This document shows, piece after piece, positions 9,454 to 19,324 of a stretch of 64,000 nt of DNA (its first letter is position 1; every line of letters begins with the position of its first letter). Made by a program: the position numbers and the translations under genes. The notes beneath the pieces are model-generated. The model was not told the DNA's origin. It was given only the letters and a program-made list of their open reading frames with translations, and made no database searches. This DNA is from a virus (lineage: Duplodnaviria > Caudoviricetes): IMG/VR virus record IMGVR_UViG_3300025413_001239; one strand, 5' to 3'.

Positions 9454-9521
9454 ATAAATAAATAAATAAAAAATATCGAGGAAACAATTGCTTTCTTCGA
9501 TATTTTTTTGTATATTTGCGT

Positions 9522-9923
9522 ATGCCAATTTATAATAAACCAGCCCCAGCTAGACTTAAACGACTTGAAGAATCTGATTATATTACAATAAAAGGTGAGC
9601 AAAAAGACATAACTGTTGTAACTAAGCAAGAAACTAGGTCTGTAATTAAGGAGTTAATCGAAAAGGAATGCGGCCCTGCTCTAATCAAGGCTACAAGTAA
9701 TGTATTATCAACATTTGATACAATGATTGGTAATAATATAAAGCCTGAACTGAATGAGAAATTTGCCGTAATGCAACGAGATGTTGTTGCTTATATTGAT
9801 TTTAAGATTGATTTATTATCACAAAAGATATGTGATATGTTAACAACTAGGAAGTTTAATGAGGAAGTGGATAAAAAGGTGAAGGAAAAATTAGAAAAAT
9901 TAAAAATGAGTGGTAGATTTTAA
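9522..9923 (+). CDS. hypothetical protein
   Basis: ORF after a TATATTTGC promoter. Confidence 0.65.
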   Translation: MPIYNKPAPARLKRLEESDYITIKGEQKDITVVTKQETRSVIKELIEKECGPALIKATSNVLSTFDTMIGNNIKPELNEKFAVMQRDVVAYIDFKIDLLSQKICDMLTTRKFNEEVDKKVKEKLEKLKMSGRF

Positions 9924-9989
9924 ATTATAAAAAATATAGCTGTTTACAGGTCCTACTGAAGTTATTAAAGAAATACTAAAAAAAGAAAT

Positions 9990-10349
9990 ATGAGTGTTAT
10001 AAAATTTGAGTTAAATGATAACCATGTTAAGTTGCTTAGACAACTTAAATGGTCTACTTCTACTGACAATAAGACTATTGTTAGTGTTGAGGATATTAAT
10101 GAACCGTTGTTGTTCAACGAGAATAACGTTTACGAAGCGGTTGATTTGATATTGAATGGTGCACCAGCTAATTTGGACCCAATGAATACTTTTGATGCGC
10201 CAGTATATACCCCAGAGCAAATAGCTGAATGGGATAAGTTATTATCTGAATTACCTATGGCTTTGGATATTATTCTTTATAATGGTAATTTCAATTTGGG
10301 TATTTACAAAACTAAATTCCACATAAGAGATTGGAAACTAATAAATTAA
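9990..10349 (+). CDS. hypothetical protein
   Basis: ORF track. Confidence 0.65.
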   Translation: MSVIKFELNDNHVKLLRQLKWSTSTDNKTIVSVEDINEPLLFNENNVYEAVDLILNGAPANLDPMNTFDAPVYTPEQIAEWDKLLSELPMALDIILYNGNFNLGIYKTKFHIRDWKLIN

Positions 10350-10356
10350 TAAAAAA

Positions 10357-11964
10357 ATGAAATTTAAAGATTTAACGGAAGAGAATAAAAAGTTACTAAA
10401 AGACTCTTACTTCAATAGAGCAAAATTGGGCTTAACTGTTGAAAAATTAGCCTCTAATTTGGGTAGTCAACTAAGTGTATCAGAAAGAACAATACGTAAG
10501 TGGTTTTCTGAAAAACTTGATTTAAAAGAAAAAGTTGATATTGAATCTGAGCAATATGAGTTAGCTAAAAAGAAAAAAGCTGATAAAACAAAAAAACGTT
10601 TTATTATAACATGGGCCCAAAACAACACGCCAATTCATACTAAGTTTCTTAATAATGTTAAAGCTTATGCTAACCACATCGATGCTGACATTCATGTGAT
10701 TGCTGGTAGGTATAAAAACCCCACATCTGTATTTTCAGATAAGAATGAAGATGTTTGGGCTGATGAGGTTTTACCATACTTAGATGCTAACAGACATGAT
10801 ATTCACAAGTACTTATCAATTATGTCTGACATAAAGATTCAACCAACCGCTACCAATCCAATGACTGGATTACAAGGTATGTCTGGAATCAATTCTTGTG
10901 TGTTTGGTAGTCCTAAAGTGCAAATGGAAATGATACCTGTATTAGAGGGTAAGAAACCTAAAATGATGCTTACCACTGGTTCTTGTACGCTTATGAACTA
11001 TACCGATTCCAAATCTGGTAAAAAAGGTGAATTTCATCATACAATTGGTTTTGTGGTTGTTGAGATTAAAGATAATGATAATGATACATTCTTTATCAGA
11101 CAAGTAACCGCACATGATAAAACTGGTTCATTTACTGATTTATTTTATAGGGTTGATAATTGTGAAATTAGTAAAGTTGAATCAATATCAGCTGCTGTTT
11201 TAGGTGATTTACACTACGGCCACCATGACCAACAAGTCTTAGATAAAACATTTGAAATGCTAAGCGTTTTAAAACCTAAGCATGTTATTCTACACGATGT
11301 CTTCGATGGTGATTCTATAAGTCATCACCAAATGAAAGACCCATTCATTCAATTTGGTAAAGAAGTAAATGGAACTAATTCTCTTGAAAAAGAAATTAAT
11401 TCAATGATTGAAGGGTTAAAGCCTTTTGAAAAGTATGAGAATGTGGTTATTGTTAGAAGCAATCACGATGACTTCCTTGACCGATGGTTAAAGAATGAAG
11501 ATTGGAAAAAACAACCAACAAGCAAAAATTCCATATTGTATATGGAATATAGTGCGATGCTTTTAAGACAATACTCTAAAGACCCTAATAATGTTAAGGG
11601 TGTAATCCCAGAGATTATTAATAAGTCTTACCCTAAATTTAAAACCCTTGGTCGCCGTGAATCATATACGGTTAACAATTGGGAGTTGGGTCAACACGGC
11701 GATGTTGGTGCTAGTGGTTCCAGAGGTTCTTTGCTTCAATTTAGGAAATTAAATACTAAAATTGTTGTTGGTCACTATCATTCCCCAGGTCGTAAAGACG
11801 GTGCCTTAGCGGTTGGTACCTCAACAAATCTAAGGGTTGGATATAATTTAGGACCTAGCTCTTGGTTACAATCACACGTATTAATCCATGAAGATGGAAA
11901 AGCACAGCATATTAATTTTATTCAAGATAAGGACGGTAATATTGGTTTCACAACTCTAGTTTAG
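10357..11964 (+). CDS. HTH-like N-terminus plus calcineurin-like phosphoesterase-fold protein
   Basis: GDLHYGH, HDVFD, SNHD, QHGD, GHYH motifs; ends at TAG. Confidence 0.7.
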   Translation: MKFKDLTEENKKLLKDSYFNRAKLGLTVEKLASNLGSQLSVSERTIRKWFSEKLDLKEKVDIESEQYELAKKKKADKTKKRFIITWAQNNTPIHTKFLNNVKAYANHIDADIHVIAGRYKNPTSVFSDKNEDVWADEVLPYLDANRHDIHKYLSIMSDIKIQPTATNPMTGLQGMSGINSCVFGSPKVQMEMIPVLEGKKPKMMLTTGSCTLMNYTDSKSGKKGEFHHTIGFVVVEIKDNDNDTFFIRQVTAHDKTGSFTDLFYRVDNCEISKVESISAAVLGDLHYGHHDQQVLDKTFEMLSVLKPKHVILHDVFDGDSISHHQMKDPFIQFGKEVNGTNSLEKEINSMIEGLKPFEKYENVVIVRSNHDDFLDRWLKNEDWKKQPTSKNSILYMEYSAMLLRQYSKDPNNVKGVIPEIINKSYPKFKTLGRRESYTVNNWELGQHGDVGASGSRGSLLQFRKLNTKIVVGHYHSPGRKDGALAVGTSTNLRVGYNLGPSSWLQSHVLIHEDGKAQHINFIQDKDGNIGFTTLV

Positions 11965-12000
11965 ATAAAACACTATTAATATTATCGTTATATTTTATTA

Positions 12001-12225
12001 CAATTACCACCATTAAAGAACTTTATATTACCAAGAGGCGATGAAAAGGTTACTTTGATACATGTTTGTAGGACAATTTCACGCAGAGCAGAAATTGCTT
12101 GTATAGAAGCTGAAGCAAACCCAATAATTACAAAGTACCTTAACAGGTTAAGTGATTACTTTTTCGTATTATCAAGGTTTTATTTACATGAGGGTAATAT
12201 GGATGAAAAAATTTGGAAAAATTAA
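12001..12225 (+). pseudogene. pduO: C-terminal remnant of PduO-type cobalamin adenosyltransferase
   Basis: manual translation LPPLKNFILPRG...HVCRTISRRAE...YLNRLSDYFFVLSR; in-frame TAA at 11977, no 5' half. Confidence 0.7.
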
Positions 12226-12229
12226 AATT

Positions 12230-12571
12230 ATGAGTGAAGAATTAATAAGTTACGGAGAGTTTTTAGAAATAGCCAAAAAACTTGATATTAAATACGGTCA
12301 GGTAGTATCTGCTGAACGTATTGCAAAAAGTGATAAATTATTAAAATTGGTTGTTATTTTTGGTTCGGAAGAAGCTGACAAAAAAGTTGTTGTTACTAAT
12401 TTAGGTGAAAATTTTGAACCTTCAGCATTTGAAGGTTTAGTTTTACCATTTGTGATGAACTTAGTACCGTCTAAGATGATGGGTGTTACCAGTGAGGCTA
12501 TGATTATGGTACCTAAAATTGGTGATGTTATCGAATTAAATAACTATTCATTAGGTTCAAAATTGTTATAA
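12230..12571 (+). CDS. tRNA-binding OB-fold protein (Trbp111/CsaA/MetG C-terminal type)
   Basis: LDIKYGQVVSAERIAKSDKLLKL...NLVPSKMMGVTSEAMI. Confidence 0.85.
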   Translation: MSEELISYGEFLEIAKKLDIKYGQVVSAERIAKSDKLLKLVVIFGSEEADKKVVVTNLGENFEPSAFEGLVLPFVMNLVPSKMMGVTSEAMIMVPKIGDVIELNNYSLGSKLL

Positions 12572-12572
12572 A

Positions 12573-13013
12573 ATGAGAAAAACCGCTGGTATATTTTTGG
12601 TAAAGAATGATGGTACTATTTTAGTTGGTCACCCTACAAACCATAAAAATGATTTCTTTAGCATCCCTAAAGGTGGTGTTGACGAAGGTGAAAGATTATT
12701 AGATGCTGCAATAAGAGAAACTTATGAAGAATCTAATATTGATGTTTCTGATTATACATTTATTTGGACTTTAAATCCAAGAATGCATAAGAATAATAAA
12801 AAGATTTTCTACCCTTATGTTTTACTTGAGAAGGAAAATCAATACGTTTTTGATGAGTTTGAAATTAAATGTAATTCAAATGTTACTATCGATGACTTTG
12901 AAATTCCAGAGATGGATTCGTTTAAGTGGTTAACATTCGATGAGGCTAGGACTCATTTAAATCAAACACAAGTTGATTGTATTGATGAGGTTGAAAAATT
13001 ATTTAACGCATAA
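12573..13013 (+). CDS. NUDIX hydrolase
   Basis: [25 protein letters not shown] Nudix box. Confidence 0.85.
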   Translation: MRKTAGIFLVKNDGTILVGHPTNHKNDFFSIPKGGVDEGERLLDAAIRETYEESNIDVSDYTFIWTLNPRMHKNNKKIFYPYVLLEKENQYVFDEFEIKCNSNVTIDDFEIPEMDSFKWLTFDEARTHLNQTQVDCIDEVEKLFNA

Positions 13014-13261
13014 TGTGGTATATTTATATAGTTGAGTGTGAAAAAGATGGGACACTCTATACTGGTATAACTACAGATGTAAATAGACGCATTTCAGAGC
13101 ATAACTCTGGCAAGGGGGCTAAATACACTAGAACTAGAACACCAGTCGTTTTAAGAGCCTTATTTGAGGCTAATAATCGAAGCGAAGCTTCAAAAGAAGA
13201 ATATAGAATTAAAAAACTTACAAAAATTGAAAAATTGAAACTATGCGACATAAAACAATAG
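13013..13261 (+). CDS. small GIY-YIG nuclease (UPF0213/YhbQ-like)
   Basis: WYIYIVEC...[26 protein letters not shown]. Confidence 0.85.
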   Translation: MWYIYIVECEKDGTLYTGITTDVNRRISEHNSGKGAKYTRTRTPVVLRALFEANNRSEASKEEYRIKKLTKIEKLKLCDIKQ

Positions 13262-13464
13262 ACTTAGGTGAATACATAATAGAAATTGATTTTAATCCAG
13301 AGAATAATGATTTAGACATAAGCGTATTCGATGCTTTGGGTGAAATAATTGAATCAATGAATATTAGTGACGATGATGATGATGATGATGATGATGATTA
13401 TGACGATGATGGTGATGATAAATCATTTAGTGGTCCATTAAATATTTCTTTTAATCTTAATTAA
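13243..13464 (+). CDS. small acidic protein with poly-Asp tract
   Basis: GAT-rich run at about 13368-13418. Confidence 0.6.
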   Translation: MRHKTIDLGEYIIEIDFNPENNDLDISVFDALGEIIESMNISDDDDDDDDDDYDDDGDDKSFSGPLNISFNLN

Positions 13465-13490
13465 TTTAAATAAAGTTATATATTTGCAAA

Positions 13491-13814
13491 ATGTTTGATG
13501 TATTAAGAACAAGAAAGGGTAAATTGAAAGATAGAATTGAGTCTGAATTGGTTAAATCAAATCCAGATATTGATAATATCTTAGTCTATATTGATGATTA
13601 CGAAACATCAAACCTTGAAACAATTAAAAAATTAAAAAGAGCTAAGAAATTAGAGCTCAATAAAATAAACGGGGCTCTTAAACAAACAATATTTTTTCAT
13701 GGCCCTATAACAAAAGAACTAATTAGTTCCGCATCTAAGCGTATATATGGTAGTCTATTGGACTCAGAAAAAGAAAGTGTTATAAAAAGAATAATAAAAT
13801 GGATAAGAAAGTAA
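13491..13814 (+). CDS. hypothetical protein
   Basis: ORF after a TATATTTGC promoter. Confidence 0.65.
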   Translation: MFDVLRTRKGKLKDRIESELVKSNPDIDNILVYIDDYETSNLETIKKLKRAKKLELNKINGALKQTIFFHGPITKELISSASKRIYGSLLDSEKESVIKRIIKWIRK

Positions 13815-14353
13815 TTAAAAAAGTTTTAAGAGAATCAGTGGGTGATAAAATAACGAGATTAGCCGTCTTCGATTTTGACGGAACGTTATTGGATACACCA
13901 TTACCAACCGATGAAAATAAAGAAATTTATAAGGAAAAAACAGGTGAGGATTGGCCTAGTAAGGGTTGGTGGAGTAGACCAGAAACTCTTAATCAAGATA
14001 TTTTTGATATTCCAGTTATTAAAGATGTTATTTCTGATTATAAAAAGGAAAAAGCTACACCTAACACTATGGTTATTATGCTAACTGGTAGAATACAAAA
14101 ATTATCTAGTTATGTTGAAGCTGTTTTGGCATCTAAGGGTCTTAAATTTGATGGTTATTTTTATAACACTGGTGGTAGTACTTTGGATAACAAAATCCAT
14201 ACAATGGAATCCATATTAAAACAACATCCAACAATCAATCAAATAAATTGTTGGGACGATAGGTTAGAACACATTCCACACTTTCAAGCTTGGGGTGATA
14301 ACCTTAAAGGTGTTGATTTTGAAATAACAATAGTTGAAAGCGGACATCATTAA
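13799..14353 (+). CDS. HAD-superfamily phosphatase (Swiss-Army-Knife RNA-repair-like HAD)
   Basis: FDFDGTL, MLTGR, K, WDDR motifs. Confidence 0.7.
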   Translation: MDKKVIKKVLRESVGDKITRLAVFDFDGTLLDTPLPTDENKEIYKEKTGEDWPSKGWWSRPETLNQDIFDIPVIKDVISDYKKEKATPNTMVIMLTGRIQKLSSYVEAVLASKGLKFDGYFYNTGGSTLDNKIHTMESILKQHPTINQINCWDDRLEHIPHFQAWGDNLKGVDFEITIVESGHH

Positions 14354-14410
14354 ACCCACACTTGTGGGTTTTTTGTTGTATGTGTGAAAATAAAATAGTA
14401 TATTTGCGGT

Positions 14411-16360
14411 ATGATTAAAATAAATGATGTGATAGAAGGAAAAATAAGCGTTAACCATAGTGGTTCCGCTTATTTGGTTAGTGAGCAATCACCAAAGGAT
14501 ATTTATGTTCATAAAAACAATATTAATAAAGCATTTCATTTGGATGTTGTTAAGATTAAAATAGTTAATGGTCGTGGTCGTGAACTTGAAGGTGTCGTTA
14601 CTGAGATAGTTAAAAGATTCAGAGACGAATTTGTTGGTAGTATTCAAATATCAAAAAAACATGCATTCTTTATACCAGATAGTAACAAGATGCCGATAGA
14701 TTTCTTTATACCTCTAACAAAATTAAAAGGTGCTAAAGATGCTCAAAAAGTTGTTGTTAAATTAACATCTTGGAAAGATAACAGTAAAAACCCTAATGGT
14801 GAAGTTATAAAGATTCTAGGTGAAGCTGGTGATAATGAAGTAGAAATTCACTCAATACTCCATGAGTATGATTTACCCTATGACTTTGAACCTGACATTT
14901 TGGCTGAAGCTGAGGCGATATCGAGTGAGATAAGACAGTCTGACATAGATGCTCGTAGAGATATGAGGGATGTACTTACTTTTACAATTGACCCAGTAGA
15001 TGCCAAGGATTTCGATGATGCTTTATCAGTACAATGGGTTAATGGTCAACTTGAAGTTGGTGTTCATATTGCCGATGTATCACATTATTTAAGACCAGAT
15101 ACGGACTTAGATAAAGAAGCTTATCGTAGAGGTACCAGTGTTTACTTAGTTGATAGAGTTGTACCAATGCTTCCAGAAAGGCTTTCTAATGGCTTATGTA
15201 GTCTTAGACCACATGAAGAGAAGTTGTGTTTTTCAGCGATATTTACGCTTGACCAAAATGCAACAATTGTAAATGAATGGTTTGGAAGAACAATTATTAA
15301 TTCTGACCATAGGTTTACATATGAAGGAGCCCAAGAAATAATTGAAGGTAAACCACATTTCTATGAGTCTGATGAACTTGATGTTAATGGTGGATATGTT
15401 AAAACGCTTGGTGGTATGATAAAAGATGCGGTATTAGCTCTTGATAAGTATGCTAAAAAGCTTAGAAAGCAAAGACTTGGTGAAGGTTCAATTACTTTCG
15501 ATAAGCAAGAAATAAGATTCAAATTGGATGAAAACAACAAGCCAGTTGACCTTATATTCAAGATAGCTAAAGACTCAAATCAATTGATTGAAGAATTCAT
15601 GCTTTTAGCGAATAGAAGGGTTGCTTATTTGTTAAATCACAATGATTACCCAGATATCAATCGTGTGCATGAGGAACCAAGTCAAGAAAAGCTTTTAGCA
15701 TTAAAGCAATTTATTAAGCAATTTGGTTATGATATTAAGGTAAATACACCTGAGGAAATAACTTTATCACTTAACAAATTACTTGCTAGTGTTAAGGGTA
15801 AAGCTGAAGAAAACATAGTTTCTAACCTTGTGGTTAGGTCAATGCAGAAAGCGGCTTATTCTACAAAGAACTTAGGTCATTATGGTCTTGGATTTGAAGA
15901 TTACGCTCATTTCACCAGTCCAATTAGAAGATATCCAGACGTAATGGTGCACAGACTTCTAGGACGCTATTTAGAGGCTAAAGCAGCCCCTAAATTAGAT
16001 AAGTTGGAGTCAAGGTGCCAATACTTATCTGAACGTGAAAGAAAGGCTCAAAAAGCTGAAAGAGATAGCATCAAGTATATGCAATGCATATATATGAGTG
16101 AAAGAATTGGTAATGTTTATAAAGGACTTATCACTTCGGTTACTGATTATGGTATGTTTATAACAATTTGTGAAAATAATTGTGAGGTATTGGTAAAATT
16201 AACATCAATCAATGGAACTTGGTTGGTGGATTTAAAAAAATATCAAATAGTTGAATTTGACACTAAAGAAAAAATAAGATTAGGTGATTATGTTCATGTA
16301 GTTATTACTAAAGTTGATGTTGAAAAAAAGAATATTGATGCATCAATTATGCTTCTCTAA
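14411..16360 (+). CDS. rnr: ribonuclease R
   Basis: TIDPVDAKDFDDALS, HFTSPIRRYPD, CSD and S1 domains. Confidence 0.95.
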   Translation: MIKINDVIEGKISVNHSGSAYLVSEQSPKDIYVHKNNINKAFHLDVVKIKIVNGRGRELEGVVTEIVKRFRDEFVGSIQISKKHAFFIPDSNKMPIDFFIPLTKLKGAKDAQKVVVKLTSWKDNSKNPNGEVIKILGEAGDNEVEIHSILHEYDLPYDFEPDILAEAEAISSEIRQSDIDARRDMRDVLTFTIDPVDAKDFDDALSVQWVNGQLEVGVHIADVSHYLRPDTDLDKEAYRRGTSVYLVDRVVPMLPERLSNGLCSLRPHEEKLCFSAIFTLDQNATIVNEWFGRTIINSDHRFTYEGAQEIIEGKPHFYESDELDVNGGYVKTLGGMIKDAVLALDKYAKKLRKQRLGEGSITFDKQEIRFKLDENNKPVDLIFKIAKDSNQLIEEFMLLANRRVAYLLNHNDYPDINRVHEEPSQEKLLALKQFIKQFGYDIKVNTPEEITLSLNKLLASVKGKAEENIVSNLVVRSMQKAAYSTKNLGHYGLGFEDYAHFTSPIRRYPDVMVHRLLGRYLEAKAAPKLDKLESRCQYLSERERKAQKAERDSIKYMQCIYMSERIGNVYKGLITSVTDYGMFITICENNCEVLVKLTSINGTWLVDLKKYQIVEFDTKEKIRLGDYVHVVITKVDVEKKNIDASIMLL

Positions 16361-17048
16361 ACCCTTTAGACAAATTATCATACCACCATAACGGTTGTAA
16401 ATTGGATAATGCATTTACAATCTTTATATCCGTATTTTTATCGAATGTTGAAACTGGTTTAATATGGTCGATGTGCCATTCACCATAATTATCCCAAGTC
16501 ATATCTTCAGTAAATAACTTTTCAATATGATTTTTTAACTCTAAAGCTGAATAACCAAGTATATCAACTGTATTTTTCTCTTTCTTTTTATTAAATCTTC
16601 TTAATACAGATTTCAATGAACTTCTCCAAGCTCTTATATGTGGATTTTTTAAATCATATTGTTTTTTATATTCAGCAATTTTTTCTTTGTTGTTTTGTCT
16701 ATATTCTTTTTGGTATTCCAATATATGTGATTTATTTTTTACATAATCTTCTTTTTTTAGCCTCTTAATTATTTCAGGATTTGAATCTCTATAGTTTTTA
16801 CGATTAGTACTAATAATATTTCGATTAAGCTTATAATATTCTAGATTTGTTTTTTTAATGCTATCAGATTCTTTCAAATATTTAATTTTTGATTTTTCAC
16901 TTAATCTTTCTTTGTTTTTTTTATAAAAATTTTGTTTATCGATACTTATACAATTTTTACAAATTTTTTTATAACCATCAATAAAATTTTTATTTTTGTG
17001 AAATTCACAAAAATCTTTTTTTTTATTACATTTTACACATTTTTTCAT
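16347..17048 (-). CDS. HNH-family homing endonuclease, paralog 1
   Basis: N-terminal CxxC, MTWDNYGEWHIDHIKP...NLQPLW. Confidence 0.85.
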   Translation of the reverse strand: MKKCVKCNKKKDFCEFHKNKNFIDGYKKICKNCISIDKQNFYKKNKERLSEKSKIKYLKESDSIKKTNLEYYKLNRNIISTNRKNYRDSNPEIIKRLKKEDYVKNKSHILEYQKEYRQNNKEKIAEYKKQYDLKNPHIRAWRSSLKSVLRRFNKKKEKNTVDILGYSALELKNHIEKLFTEDMTWDNYGEWHIDHIKPVSTFDKNTDIKIVNALSNLQPLWWYDNLSKGFREA

Positions 17049-17127
17049 AATTACTTTTATTATAAATATCACCTAAAATGAAAAAGTTCGGTGTTTTTAT
17101 TGAAATTATTTGTGAAAACCATTTTTT

Positions 17128-17340
17128 TATGGTATATTTGTTGAAGTATCAGAAAATAAATCTGAAGGTTTAATTAAACTAACAGATATTTCTGGTGATA
17201 CTTATAGTGTCGATATGAAGAATTATTGTGTTAGAGGTTTTAACACTGGTCGAGTATTAAGACTTGGGGATGAGGTTTTTATTAGTGTTGTAAGTGTTGA
17301 CATTGAGAAAAAAAATATTAACTTTGCACTTATAAATTAA
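17128..17340 (+). pseudogene. orphan RNase R S1-domain fragment (displaced 3' end of rnr)
   Basis: manual translation YGIFVEVSENKSEGLIKLTDI...RLGDEVFISVVSVDIEKKNINFALIN*, co-linear with the current rnr C-terminus. Confidence 0.75.
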
Positions 17341-17345
17341 AGATT

Positions 17346-17651
17346 ATGATAGATTTTAAAACGAACATTTTAGTTTGTGATTGCAACAGTGCTGAACATC
17401 AATTATTAGTTAGATACTTTGAAGATGATACTGATGGTGAAGTGTATGTTGAAACACACTTAACAAAAAAGCCACTTTTAGAAAGGCTAATTTACGGTAT
17501 CAAGTATATCTTCGGTTATCAATCAAGATTTGGTGCTTTTGATGAGGTTGTATTAGGTCCTCAGCACATAAACAGCTTACAATCTGTAATTGACCATTTA
17601 AAGAAAATTGAGGGTGAGAAATTACAAACCGATATGTTTAATGACAGATGA
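17346..17651 (+). CDS. hypothetical protein
   Basis: ORF track. Confidence 0.65.
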   Translation: MIDFKTNILVCDCNSAEHQLLVRYFEDDTDGEVYVETHLTKKPLLERLIYGIKYIFGYQSRFGAFDEVVLGPQHINSLQSVIDHLKKIEGEKLQTDMFNDR

Positions 17652-18081
17652 GATTCTAATAAATAATTTTTTAACCAGACATTATGATGTAATCATTAAT
17701 AATGGTGAATTTTGTTTTCGGGATAAGTCATCAAAACAAACCCTTAAAATCGGTGAGCTTTCAATAGTATTTTCTAAAATTTTCAGTTATGATAAAACTG
17801 ATGATTTAAAAAAACCGATGGAGATTGCTAAACTTTGGTTAGAAAGCAAGAGAATTGAATTAACTAAAATTATTAACGGTTATTTAGCCGATTATAAAGT
17901 TATATTAAATAAATCTGATTGGGAAGTTAGAGATAAAGAAAATAATTTAGTAACAAATGAAACAATAATGAAATTAGCTACTAACGGTTCTATTGGTATG
18001 TTTTACGTATCAATATTTGAAGAATGGTTAGATAATGAAATACTTATTGTTTCGTTAAAATTAATGGATGAATATGATTAA
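17641..18081 (+). CDS. hypothetical protein
   Basis: ORF track, start adjusted to ATG. Confidence 0.6.
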   Translation: MTDEILINNFLTRHYDVIINNGEFCFRDKSSKQTLKIGELSIVFSKIFSYDKTDDLKKPMEIAKLWLESKRIELTKIINGYLADYKVILNKSDWEVRDKENNLVTNETIMKLATNGSIGMFYVSIFEEWLDNEILIVSLKLMDEYD

Positions 18082-18778
18082 ACTTATTTTTATAAGCGAT
18101 ACTCATGGTAAGCATCGTGATTTAGATAATGATTTAAAGGCCTTAGGTTATGATAATGAAACAATTATTATACATGCTGGTGACTGCACTAATACTGGTA
18201 AATCATATGAGTTGGTAAACTTTTTGGGTTGGTTTGGTGATTTACCTTATAAACATAAGGTTTTTATTGCTGGTAACCATGATTTTTGTTTTGAGTCGAG
18301 TACTTCAAGTCCAAATGTATATCCTAACATTTCACAAGAATTTAAAGATAAGGGTATTACATATCTAATGGATGAAATGGTTGAAATTGAAGGTTTAAAA
18401 ATATATGGTAGTCCTTGGCAACCAGAATTTTATGATTGGGCGTTTAATGTAAAGCGTGGTGAAGCCATTGCGCAAAAATGGGTTAAAATACCAGAGGATT
18501 TAGATGTGCTTATTACGCATGGTGGTCCATATGGTATTTTAGATTATACCTATACTGGAGTTAGGGTTGGTTGTGAAGAACTTTATAAAAAAGTGATGAA
18601 GGTTCGTCCAAAGATACATGCATTCGGACACATACATTATGCTTATGGTTATAAAGAATTTGATGGAATGTCATTCATTAATGCTGCTAGTTTAGGTGAA
18701 AATTATGAATATCAAAACAAACCAATAATGTTAATATTAGATGATGATAAAAATATAATTGATATAAAAGTAAATTAA
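18068..18778 (+). CDS. metallophosphoesterase (MPPED-like)
   Basis: SDTH, HAGD, AGNHD, THG, GHIH motifs. Confidence 0.85.
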   Translation: MNMIKLIFISDTHGKHRDLDNDLKALGYDNETIIIHAGDCTNTGKSYELVNFLGWFGDLPYKHKVFIAGNHDFCFESSTSSPNVYPNISQEFKDKGITYLMDEMVEIEGLKIYGSPWQPEFYDWAFNVKRGEAIAQKWVKIPEDLDVLITHGGPYGILDYTYTGVRVGCEELYKKVMKVRPKIHAFGHIHYAYGYKEFDGMSFINAASLGENYEYQNKPIMLILDDDKNIIDIKVN

Positions 18779-18829
18779 TTTGATTTTTAATCAAATTATT
18801 TTGTATATTTGCACATCAATTTAATTATT

Positions 18830-19267
18830 ATGAACATTATTAACAAGAAAAAGGACGCATATTTTGAGTATGAAATACTTGATAAATTTACTGCTGGTAT
18901 CGTTTTAATGGGTACTGAGGTAAAGTCAATCAGAGAATCTAAAGTTTCAATCTCTGAAGCTTATTGTACAATTATTAACGGTGAAATTTTTATACTGGGT
19001 ATGCACATTTCTGATTATAAGAAAATAAAGCATACCAATCATGCACCATTACGCAATCGTAAACTTCTTTTGAATAGAAAGGAAATTGATAAATTATCCA
19101 AATCAATCAAAGAAAAGGGTTTAACAATTGTTCCATTATGTGTTTTTATATCTGATACTGGGTTAATTAAGATTGAAATCGGTTTAGGTAGAGGTAAAAA
19201 AGTCTACGATAAAAGAAACAGTATAAAAGAAAAAGACCAAAAAAGAAGTTTGGAACGAAATTATTAA
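18830..19267 (+). CDS. smpB: SsrA-binding protein
   Basis: AGIVLMGTEVKSIR...RKLLLNRKEI...GKKVYDKR. Confidence 0.95.
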   Translation: MNIINKKKDAYFEYEILDKFTAGIVLMGTEVKSIRESKVSISEAYCTIINGEIFILGMHISDYKKIKHTNHAPLRNRKLLLNRKEIDKLSKSIKEKGLTIVPLCVFISDTGLIKIEIGLGRGKKVYDKRNSIKEKDQKRSLERNY

Positions 19268-19324
19268 AATAAATTTGGTTAATAACTTTTTTACCCTTAC
19301 ATTTGCATAAAATTTATAATAACT

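Noticed and set aside
13368-13418. (GAT)n microsatellite as a possible contingency locus
   Set aside because: In-frame trinucleotide run encoding poly-Asp; it cannot phase-shift the frame.
17078-17135. Possible -1 frameshift at a T7 run joining MKKFGVFIEIICENHF to the orphan S1 fragment
   Set aside because: No stimulatory structure or RBS evidence; more simply part of the HNH cassette promoter region.
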